A stretch of DNA of 50,232 nt from Macrostomum lignano. Lineage: Eukaryota. The position numbers were made by a program, and so were the translations under genes. The stretch lies in the NCBI GenBank assembly GCA_002269645.1, contig NIVC01003905.1:1-50232 (forward strand), written 5' to 3'. Position 1 is the first letter of the stretch, and each line of letters begins with the position of its first letter. This document shows positions 40,310-50,232 of this stretch, piece after piece. The notes under the pieces are model-generated. The model saw nothing but the letters and a program-made list of their open reading frames with translations, was not told the origin of the DNA and did no database searches.

Positions 40310-40481
40310 TCACGGAGGCGAAATCGGCGGCCGATTGAAGCAGGCGGCATATTCTTTGATCTTGCAGTGAATTATTTCAGCGAGAGCGGCTGTGTGCCGA
40401 GCCAGGCTGGTCGGGCACAGCTCCGACTGGCTGTTCATCAGCTCCTGGAGCAGGTCCGGCCACACCTGCGCTGACCAGCCG
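40310..40481 (-). CDS. BUB1: MadBub terminal exon
   Basis: AACAG acceptor (phase 2); GWSAQVWPDLLQELMN..PPISPP*. Confidence 0.85.
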
Positions 40482-43400
40482 CTGTTGGTTGGGGGAGGCG
40501 GTTGATGGACTCTTTTGATATGATTGCTTTATGATTGGGGCGATTCTCACGATGAGATTCGGCCGATTCTCAGGATGGGACAGGGCGATTCTCAGGATGG
40601 GATAGGATGGGATGGGATGGGATGGGATGCGATTCTCTGGTTGAGATTGAGGTGATTCGATCTCGGGTTGAGATCGGGGCGATTCTCAGGATGAGATGGG
40701 GCGATTCTCAAGATGAAATTGGTGCGATTCTCAGAATGAGATTGGTGCGATTCTCAGGATGAGGTTTGGGCGATTCTTGAGATGAGATTAAGGGCGATTC
40801 TCAGGATGAAATTGAGGCGATTCTCAGAATGAGATTGAAGCGATTCTCAGGATGAGGTTGAAGCGATTCTCAGAATGAGATTGGTGCGATTCTCAGGATG
40901 AGGTTTGGGCGATTCTCAGAATGAGATTGGTGCGATTCTCAGGATGAGGTTTGGGCGATTCTTGAGATGAGATTAAGGGCGATTCTCAGGATGAAATTGA
41001 GGCGATTCTCGGAATGAGATTGAAGCGATTCTCAGGATGAGGTTGAAGCGATTCTCAGAATGAGATTGGTGCGATTCTCAGGATGAGGTTTGGGCGATTC
41101 TCAGAATGAGATTGGTGCGATTCTCAGGATGAGGTTTGGGCGATTCTTGAGATGAGATTAAGGGCGATTCTCAGGATGAAATTGAGGCGATTCTCGGAAT
41201 GAGATTAAGGGCGATTCTCAGGATGAACTTGAGGCGATTCTCAGAATGAGATTGGTGCGATTCTCAGGATGAGGTTGGGGCGATTCTAATGAACAGTGAC
41301 CGATATCCAACATAATTAGTGAATAAGCGGCTGCATTCAGCATAAGCCAACCAGGGGGGGGGGCACCGCAATGAAGTTGGGCTCACCGAGGCAGTCGCGG
41401 GGCGCCCTTCAGGCGGACGCCACTGTCGCCAGCTGTCACAGTCATGTAGGACTGGAAGATGAGGCAGTAAATCACGCTGGCCAGGTTAAACAGGTCGCAC
41501 TGGCAGGTCCACACCTGATTGGACATCATCTGCGGACACAGGAACGTGGCCGAGGCCTTGTCCCGGCTCTTGGCGGCCGCGCCACCGTGCAGGCGCAGTA
41601 CGAAGCCCTCGCCAGACAGCTGCGAGAACTCCATGGCCTGGCCGAAGTCCAGCAGCAGCACCGAGTGCAGGCGGCCGTCGCGAATCAGCGACAAGGCGTC
41701 GATTGGGCGACCTTCGGCCGCTGCCGATTCAACAGCTGGGCGGAGGTCGGGCAGGCCGAGGAACACCAGGTTGTCCGGCTTGATGTCGGCGTGCAGCAGG
41801 CGGGCCCGATGGAGCGAGCAGACCAGGTACAGCAGCTCCAGGCTGATGTACGCCACCACCTGGATAATCAGTTTGATTTTGCGATTGTCACTGATTGTCG
41901 GTAAAATGTTGGCGACATTATTGTTTAACGCTAGAACCGATTGGCTGACAAGATGGATGGAATCGCTGACAAGATAAATGGAATCGCTGACAAAATGAGT
42001 GGATTGGCTGACAAGATTAATGGAATAGCTGACAAGATGAGTGGATTGGCTGACAAGATGAATGGACTCGCTGACAAGATGAATGGAATCGTTGACAAGA
42101 TGAGTGGATTGGCTGACAAGATGAATGGACTCGCTGACAAGATGGATGGAATCGCTGACAAGATGAATGGAATCGTTGACAAGATGAATGGAATCGCTGA
42201 CAAGATGGATGGAATCGCTGACAAGATGAATGGACTCGCTGAGAAGATGAATGGACTCGCTGACAAGATGAATGGATTGGCTGACAAGATGAATGGAATC
42301 GCTGACAAGATGAATGGATTGGCTGACAAGATGAATGGAATCGCTGACAAGATGAATGGATTGGCTGACAAGATGAATGGAATCGCTGACAAGATGAATG
42401 GATTGGCTGACAAGATGAATGGAATCGCTGACAAGATGAATGGATTGGCTGACAAGATGAATGGAATCGCTGACAAGATGAATGGAATCGCTGACAAGAT
42501 GAATGGATTGGCTGACAAGATGAAGATTGATATTAAAATGACTCACCGGTTCGGCCAGCCGGCTCCGCTCAGTGATGCACCGGTTCACCAGGTGCAACAA
42601 GGAGCCGGTGCTGTAGCAGGACTGGACCAGCACGCTGGCCTCCTTGAAGGCGTGCACGCGGACGGCGTCGCACAGACCGGGCCGGCAGTCGGGCAGGTCG
42701 GGCCAGCGCTGAGTGGACAGGCGCTGGTGGGCCAGACGGATGAGGAGAAACTCCTCCAGCAGCGGCGGGCTCTGCCACTTCAGCACCTGGCAGGTGGGCG
42801 TTAATTAAAAGGGTTAAGGGAGGGGGTAGCGGCTCTGTTGAAGCAGGATCACGTGAGCACATAATCAACTCACCAGCTTTCGCTCATTGGCGGTGTACAC
42901 CTCGCCGAAGGCTCCGCTGGCCAGTTTGGCGATGTCTCTGTAATGAAAGCTGCCATGCACAATTGATCGAACATTTCGGCGAAGATTAACAAACGGATTA
43001 GTGCCGAGTCCGCGCACAATATCCTTGGCAAATTGGGTTTTCAGCTCGTTAGCATTGGGGCGCCAGAGATGGGCTGACTGCTGCGAGAAGGGCAGGTCCG
43101 GCTCCAATGCCAGGTGAACGGCGCCTGGCGCTGACGAGGAGAGCACCAGAGCGCTGGCGGAGGCCAGGCCGTCCGGCACGCAGATGGTGTGCGTAGCCGA
43201 CAAGTCGATGGTTGTCTGGTTCGGCGCCCCGCCGGCGCCACCCTCGTCTTCATCCTCGATATTGTCCAGCTCGTCCTCCAACTCGCCGAAGATGCTGAAG
43301 CCGCAGGCGGCGGCGCGGCCGGCTACGGTGGCGGACATTGTTGAGCTGGCGGCGGCGGCAGATCGGATACCAAAGGCGGCCAGGGTGTCGTCCTCATCCT

Positions 43401-45453
43401 CGGCAGCTGGCGGCGGCTTCGCCTCGGCACCAGCTGCTGTCTCCGGCTTGTCCTCCTCAATCAGAGTGCGCCGGCAGCTGCTCGAAGGACTGTCCCGCCG
43501 GCGGCTAGTAGACCGATGATGGTCGTCGTCGACCACGGTCAGCGCGGCAGACGAGTCGCTGGCCAGAGAAGCGGCGGCGGCGGCAGCGAATCGCGAAGCG
43601 TTAGTCGTCGAGCCATGCAGCTTAGCGTTCTCAATGGAGGCCTGCGAGTTTGCCAGCACTGAATGCTGCTGCTGCTGCTGCTCTGCCACTGCCTCGGGAG
43701 CTGCCGGGTCAGCGCCGCTGCTGCCGCCGACGCCGCCGCTAGCTGAGGATGCGCCAGAACTGCGCTCTAACAGCGAGCCAAGAACCGGCGGCTGCCTCTG
43801 CGGGATTAGGGGGTACGAAAGAACATCTTAGGTTCGATCGCTCGGGTGGCAATCAACTATCAACACTATTGCTACTACGGCTAGTGAAACTTTAGATTAT
43901 AGCGCAGGGGTTGGCCCACTCCAGCCCACAAAGCCTCTCTATCCGGCTGACGGGTCCTTTGAAACTTCACAATAGCAATCCGGCCCGCTCAGGGTTTGTG
44001 TCTCTTCTCAGCTCCTTTCTCTAAAATATCTTCTCCTATTTTATCTCCCTTCCCTCCTCTTGTCTCCCTTCTCTTCTCTCCTCTCCCTTCTCTTGTCTCC
44101 TCTTTCCTCTCCTCTCCTCTCCCTTCTCTCCTCTCTTCTCCCTTCTCTTCTCTCCTCTCCCTTCTCTTCTCTCCTCTTTTCTCTTCTCTCCTCTCCCTTC
44201 TCTTCTCTCCTCTTTTCTCTTCTCTCCTCTCCCTTCTCTTCTCTCCTCTTTTCTTTCCTCTCCCTTCTCTTTTCTCCTCTCCCTTCTCTTGTCTCCTCTT
44301 TCCTCTCCTCTCCTCTCCCTTCTCTTCTCTCCTCTCCTTCTCTCCTCTCCTCTGCCTTCTCTTCTCTCCTCTCCCTTCTCTCCTCTCCTCTCCCTTCTCC
44401 CCTCTCCTCTCCGATTTCATATCTTCTCTCCTCTCCTCTCTTCTACTATATTCCCTTGTCACTCCTTTCTCCTATCTCTCTTCCCTTTTTCATCTCCTTT
44501 TTCCTATCTCTCTTCCCTTTTTCATCTCCTTTCTCCTATCTCTCTTCCCTATTCCATCTCCTTTCTTCCCTCCTCTAGCCCGCAGCCATGCGCTGGGTTC
44601 TCATGTGACCCTTGACGTAAAACAGTTTGCCGATCCCTGTTCTAGCGGGACTGTTTAGGCAAGTGACAAGGCAGCTGCTTGTGTCACCCCTCAATGCAGC
44701 AACAGAGAGGGAAATGGGAAAGTAAGCTGAGACTAAAAACACTTACAATCGGATTTCTAATAATCTGCGTGCTCTGCGAAGAGGGCGTGAATTCGATAAC
44801 GCTGGTCTCTCCGCCGCTGCCAAACAGATTAGCCGCAACGGCAGCCGACATACTCGTAGTTTGGTCAGCTGGCGGCTGCGGCTTCTGCTCAGCTGCAGAG
44901 CCGGACATCTGCGGGGCCAAGCCTTTTTTATTGCTGCGGTGCTGCTGCTGCTGCTGCGACTGCTGTTGTTGTTGCTGCATTGAAGGCGGCGCTGGGACTT
45001 TGAACTCGCCTTGCTGCTTCTGTTGCACCGGCTGAGGCGGGGGCAGAGGCGTTTTAAACTGCGCCTGCTCCGATCTTTTCGGCTCAGAGGCCAGCAGGCT
45101 TTGGTCGCAGAAAATTTCAAAAGCAGGTTTTTGAGTATTTTGCATATCTTGCTGCCGCTGCTGCTGCTGCTGCGGCACCAGGCTCTGGTCGCAGAAGATT
45201 TCAAAAGCTGGCTGAGGCTGCTGCTGCTTCTGCAAAGATGCGGGAGGCTTTGCCGGCTTGCCAGCAGCCTCATCTTCATCAACCAGCATGGACTCCATCT
45301 CGCGAGGATAGCGCGGCGGCGCGGCGTCGCGAAACAGCGAGTGCAACTCCTTGAAGGCCTCCTTGGTGTTGACGGTAGGCGATGGAGCCGCCAATGAGCT
45401 GGGCGGCTGCTTGGCGGCGCGCATCGGCGTTCGCGAGTCCGGATGCGGTGGAT

Positions 45454-45487
<34 letters not shown>

Positions 45488-48083
45488 CTCATTTATCTGC
45501 TGCTGCTGCTGCTGCACCTGGCGCCTCAGCTCTTCAATCTCGGCATCGCGCTGTTCCAAATCGTCCTGGATTCGTTCGGCCCGCAGCTGCGGGAACAGCG
45601 GTTGGACTTTTATTGATTGACAATTGGCTGGCTGATTGACACCTGGGAATCAGGGATGCTGGCTGATTGACACCTGGGATCAGGGATGCTGGCTGATTGA
45701 CACCTGAGAATCAGGGATGCTGGCTGATTGACACCTGAGGATCAGGGATACTGGCTGATTGACACCTGGGGATCAGGGATGCTGGCTGATTGACACCTGG
45801 GGATCAGGGATACTGGCTGATTGACACCTGAGGATCAGGGATGCTGGCTGATTGACACCTGGGGATCAGGGATGCTGGCTGATTGACACCTGAGGATCAA
45901 GGATGCTGGCTGATTGACACCTGGGGATCAGGGATGCTGGCTGATTGACACCTGAGGATCAGGGATACTGGCTGATTGACACCTGGGGATCAGGGATGCT
46001 GGCTGATTGACACCTGAGGATCAGGGATACTGGCTGATTGACACCTGGGGATCAGGGATGCTGGCTGATTGACACCTGGGGATCAGGGATACTGGCTGAT
46101 TGACACCTGAGGATCAGGGATGCTGGCTGATTGACACCTGGGATCAGGGATGCTGGCTGATTGACACCTGGGGATCAGGGATGCTGGCTGATTGACACCT
46201 GAGGATCAAGGATGCTGGCTGATTGACACCTGGGGATCAGGGATGCTGGCTGATTGACACCTGAGGATCAAGGATGCTGGCTGATTGACACCTGGGGATC
46301 AGGGATGCTGGCTGATTGACACCTGAGGATCAAGGATGCTGGCTGATTGACACCTGAGGATCAAGGATGCTGGCTGATTGACACCTGGGGATCAGGGATG
46401 CTGGCTGATTGACACCTGGGATCAAGGATGCTGGCTGATTGACACCTGGGGATCAGAGAGGCTGACTTACTGACACCTGGGGATCAGGGATGTCAGCTGA
46501 TTGACACCTGGGGATCAGGGATGCTGGCATGGCTGATTAACACCTGGGAATCAGGGATGCTGGCATGGCTGATTAACACCTGGGAATCAGGGATGCTGGC
46601 ATGGCTGATTAACACCTGGGAATCAGGGATGCTGGCATGGCTGATTAACACCTGGGGATCAGGGATGCTGGCATGGCTGATTAACACCTGGGAATCAGGG
46701 ATGCTGGCATGGCTGATTAACACCTGGGAATCAGGGATGCTGGCATGGCTGATTAACACCTGGGAATCAGGGATGCTGGCATGGCTGATTAACACCTGGG
46801 AATCAGGGATGCTGGCATGGCTGATTAACACCTGGGAATCAGGGATGCTGGCATGGCTGATTAACACCTGGGAATCAGGGATGCTGGCATGGCTGATTAA
46901 CACCTGGGAATCAGGGATGCTGGCATGGCTGATTAACACCTGGGAATCAGGGATGCTGGCATGGCTGATTAACACCTGGGATCAGGGATGCTGGCATGGC
47001 TGATTAACACCTGGGAATCAGGGATGCTGGCATGGCTGATTAACACCTGGGATCAGGGATGCTGGCATGGCTGATTAACACCTGGGAATCAGGGATGCTG
47101 GCATGGCTGATTAACACCTGGGAATCAGGGATGCTGGCATGGCTGATTAACACCTGGGAATCAGGGATGCTGGCATGGCTGATTAACACCTGGGATCAGG
47201 GATGCTGGCATGGCTGATTAACACCTGGGATCAGGGATGCTGGCATGGCTGATTAACACCTGGGAATCAGGGATGCTGGCATGGCTGATTAACACCTGGG
47301 GATCAGGGATGCTGGCATGGCTGATTAACACCTGGGAATCAGGGATGCTGGCATGGCTGATTGACACCTGAGGATCAAGGATGCTGGCTGATTGACACCT
47401 GGGGATCAGGGATGCTGGCTGATTGACACTTGGGGATCAGGGAATCAGGGATGCTGGCTGATTGACACCTGGGAATCAGGGATGCTGGCTGATTGACACC
47501 TCGGGATCAGGGATGTCGACTGATTGACACCTCGAAATATGTATGAACCCGGCCCCTACCAGTTCAGCTTCCAGACGAGCTCTCTTCTCCGAGAACTCGC
47601 TCCGCTCCCGGTACATGACGCGAATTCGGTCCTCAAGCTCGGCCACCTGACGGATCAGGGCTTCCTTGTCCGAGCGCTCCGGCTGGCCTCCTCGGTTGCC
47701 AGAGCCAGGCGGTGCTCCAACTCGGCGATTCGCTGCTCGAGCTGCTCGCGGCAGCGGACCAGGGCATCGTTTGAAGCGGCCAGCCTGCGGCACTGGGCGG
47801 CGGATTCGCGCAGCGCGTCCGACTGCTGCTGCTCCACGGAGGCCTGGTCCGCGAATGGTCCCGCGATTGATCCTTGGAGAAGTCCCGCGAGCGATCGCGC
47901 GAATGGTCCTGAGAATTCTGTTGCTGCATCTGCGGCGGCGGCGGCGGTTGCGGCCACTGAGGGGCCGGCTGCTGAGATTGCTTAGAAACTGTTGAGGGCG
48001 GCTTGAGCGGCACTGAGGGGCGTAAGGGTGGGTTGGAGAAAATGGCGTTTGTTGCATACAAGTACTGGTTTACACAGACAGTC

Positions 48084-48152
<69 letters not shown>

Positions 48153-48183
48153 CTAAGACAGACAGACAGACAGACAGACACTA

Positions 48184-48228
<45 letters not shown>

Positions 48229-48381
48229 GTCAGACAGACAGACACTAAGACAGTCAGTCAGACAGACAGTCAGTCAGTCAGACAGACAGTCAGACAGACA
48301 GACAGACAGACAGACAGTCAGTCAGTCAGACAGACAGTCAGTCAGTCAGTCAGACAGAGAGAGACAGACAGACAGACAGAC

Positions 48382-48426
<45 letters not shown>

Positions 48427-48429
48427 GTC

Positions 48430-48488
<59 letters not shown>

Positions 48489-48491
48489 GTC

Positions 48492-48536
<45 letters not shown>

Positions 48537-48567
48537 GTCAGACAGACAGACAGACAGACAGACAGTC

Positions 48568-48600
<33 letters not shown>

Positions 48601-49276
48601 GGCAGGCAAATCAATGCAGCGCTGACCAGCGTTGGGGTGACGCAGAGCGGCGCGCAGCTCCTCAAAGCAGACCTCCTGCAGGCCCATGTACAGCTTGTCA
48701 ATCTGGCACATGAACCGCTCGCCCGGCTTCAGCTGGTGTTGCATCATCTGCTGCTGCTGTTGCTGCTGCTGATGCTGCTGCAGATCGAAGGCGCCGAACA
48801 ATTTGGACGGCGAGGTGTCGTCCTGGTCGGGGCGCGGCTTCTTCGGCGCGCACTCGGACAGGCCGCGCTTGTAAGCGCTGGCCGGGTCGGCGCCACGGAC
48901 GCCGCTGCCGACGCTGACAACTGCGGAATGTCGTCCTCGTGCACCTGCAGCGTGGCCGGCTTATCAGCGTTGGCCGTCGAGCTGGCGGCAGCGGCGTCGC
49001 GTCGACGGCTCTCCTGAAGGCCGCCGCGCTCGTTCCAGGGCCGCGGCTCCATCGTGTTCTCTTTGAAGCCCTCCGCGACGGCTTCGAACTGCGGTCCGCG
49101 GCCTTGGCGTTGGCGGCCGCCGGCAGCGGAAGCGGCGGCGCTGCCGTTCTCGTCGGCCACGCTGGCGGATGCGGGCACAACAAACGGAGCGGACGGGTTG
49201 CGGTTGCCGGCGGCGGCTGCGGCGTGTCGCTGCTGCTGTTGCTGCTGCTGGCCATGGCCGAGGCCGCTCTGATTGC
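40310..49276 (-). CDS. BUB1: MadBub (BUB1/BUBR1-type) checkpoint kinase, 3' exons 49276-48627, 47988-47560, 45586-44747, 43797-42874, 42786-42547, 41859-41387, 40481-40310; 5' exons lie outside the window
   Basis: KEN2 (KENTMEPRPWN), GLEBS (FMCQIDKLYMGLQEVCFEELRA), CD1 (PSPTVNTKEAF), ABBA (FEIFCD twice), kinase motifs SGAFGEVY, VLKWQ, HADIKPDN, DFG. Phases are consistent after three +1 corrections. Confidence 0.92.
40540..41288. repeat. ~21-23-bp GCGATTCTCAGGATGAGATTGG array
   Basis: In the last MadBub intron. Confidence 0.9.
41387..41859 (-). CDS. BUB1: MadBub kinase catalytic exon
   Basis: LLHADIKPDNL..LLDFGQAM..FLCPQM..WTCQCDLFNLASVIYCL. Confidence 0.93.
41935..42520. repeat. 21-bp CTGACAAGATGAATGGAATCG array
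   Basis: In the intron that splits the kinase domain. Confidence 0.93.
42547..42786 (-). CDS. BUB1: MadBub kinase exon
   Basis: VLKWQSPPLLEEF..YSTGSLLHLVN..LAEP|GTGAGT. Confidence 0.92.
42874..43797 (-). CDS. BUB1: MadBub linker and kinase N-lobe start
   Basis: ..IAKLASGAFGEVYTANERKL|GTGAGT. Confidence 0.9.
43995..44572. repeat. CT-rich low-complexity repeat
   Basis: In a MadBub intron. Confidence 0.88.
44747..45586 (-). CDS. BUB1: MadBub exon with CD1 and duplicated ABBA motif
   Basis: LRAERIQDDLEQ..PSPTVNTKEAFKELHSLF..PAFEIFCDQSL twice; donor GTAAGT. Confidence 0.9.
45625..47535. repeat. Composite array: 31-bp units flanking a 36-bp variant core (~46520-47360)
   Basis: GCTGGCTGATTGACACCTGRGGATCAGGGAT versus GCTGGCATGGCTGATTAACACCTGGGAATCAGGGAT. 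Confidence 0.92.
47560..47988 (-). CDS. BUB1: MadBub exon, coiled-coil-like (2 frameshifts)
   Basis: AACAG acceptor, CTG|GTAGGG donor. 429+2 nt fits phase 1 to phase 0. Confidence 0.7.
48072..48600. repeat. (GACA)n microsatellite
   Basis: In a MadBub intron. Confidence 0.95.
48627..49276 (-). CDS. BUB1: MadBub exon with KEN2, ABBA-like motif and GLEBS (1 frameshift near 48870)
   Basis: TGCAG acceptor, G|GTCAGC donor. KEN frame and GLEBS frame differ by one base. Confidence 0.85.
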
Positions 49277-49371
49277 CTGCACGCAGGTGTTGGTTACCAC
49301 AGTTACCATGTCAGTTGGGATTAGTTTGATTGTGAACGCTGTGTTCAAAACTATGCGAAATGTCTACGGAT

Positions 49372-50125
49372 AACATGGAAGATGCACTGGAGTGTGAGGG
49401 AGTGTTGGGAAGATGCACTGGAGTGTGAAGGAGAGTGTGGGGAAGATGCACTGGGAGTGTGAGGGAGAGTGTGGGAAGATGCACTGGGAGTGTGAGGGAG
49501 TGTGGGGAAGATGCACTGGGAGTGTGAGGGAGAGTGTGGGGAAGATGCACTGGAGTGTGAGGGAGTGTGGGGAAGATGCACTGGGAGTGTGAGGGAGAGT
49601 GTGGGGAAGATGCACTGGGAGTGTGAGGGAGAGTGTGGGAAGATGCACTGGGAGTGTGAGGGAGTGTGGGGAAGATGCACTGGGAGTGTGAGGGAGTGTG
49701 GGGAAGATGCACTGGAGTGTGAGGGAGTGTGGGGAAGATGCATTGGGAGTATGAGAGGGAGAGTGTGGGGAAGATGCACTGGGAGTGTGAGGGAGAGTGT
49801 TGGGAAGATGCACTGGGAGTGTGAAGGAGTGTGGGGAAGATGCACCGGGAGTGTGAGGGAGGAGAGTGTGGGGAAGATGCACTGGGAGTGTGAGGGAGTG
49901 TGGGGAAGATGCACCGGGAGTGTGAGGGAGAGTGTTGGGAAGATGCACTGGGAGTGTGAGGGAGAGTGTGGGGAAGATGCACTGGGAGTGTGAGGGAGAG
50001 TGTGGGGAAGATGATTGGGGTGTGAGGGAGTGTGGGAAAGATGCACTGGGAGTGTGAGGGAGTGTGGGGAAGATGCACTGGGAGTGTGAGGGAGTGTGGG
50101 AAAGATGCACTGGAGTGTGAGGGAG
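49372..50125. repeat. ~30-bp GGGAAGATGCACTGGGAGTGTGAGGGAGTGTG array
   Basis: In the MadBub intron upstream of 49276. Confidence 0.9.
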
Positions 50126-50232
50126 AGTGTGGGGCGCAGAAGGGGAAGATGGAGAGAGCGGTAGGGGAAATGGGAATTTTCTGTGAAAGACAGATTAGTG
50201 GGGGGGGGGCAAATCCCATCCAGGAAGAAGCA

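Noticed and set aside
41941-42804. ADKMNGI heptad ORF and its read-through into the kinase frame
   Set aside because: A 21-bp intronic repeat; proper GT-AG splicing at 42547/41859 restores the Bub1 kinase alignment.

Overview
Eukaryotic (metazoan) genomic DNA: GC-rich exons, GT-AG introns, and a tandem repeat in almost every intron. The style suggests a free-living flatworm such as Macrostomum, but that is inference only. I traced four protein-coding loci by hand through splice-site phase. (1) The 5' end of an outer-arm axonemal dynein heavy chain (DNAH5/8-like), minus strand, ~4512 to 220 and continuing off the left edge. (2) A complete 17-exon, 2415-aa Dscam, plus strand, 8362-37004, with the canonical 9Ig-4FN3-Ig-2FN3-TM-tail layout and no visible alternative exon clusters. 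(3) An orphan secreted Cys-containing protein in a single coding block, ~38913-39815. (4) The 3' portion of a MadBub (BUB1/BUBR1-type) checkpoint kinase, minus strand, 49276-40310. Dscam intron 5 holds a decayed hAT-like transposase with a nested 295-bp MITE (14-bp TIRs, 8-bp TSD). The frameshifts in the dynein and MadBub exons are all single-base losses and look like consensus errors. Most long ORFs in the supplied track are translations of repeats. Exon coordinates are counted by hand; repeat boundaries are approximate.
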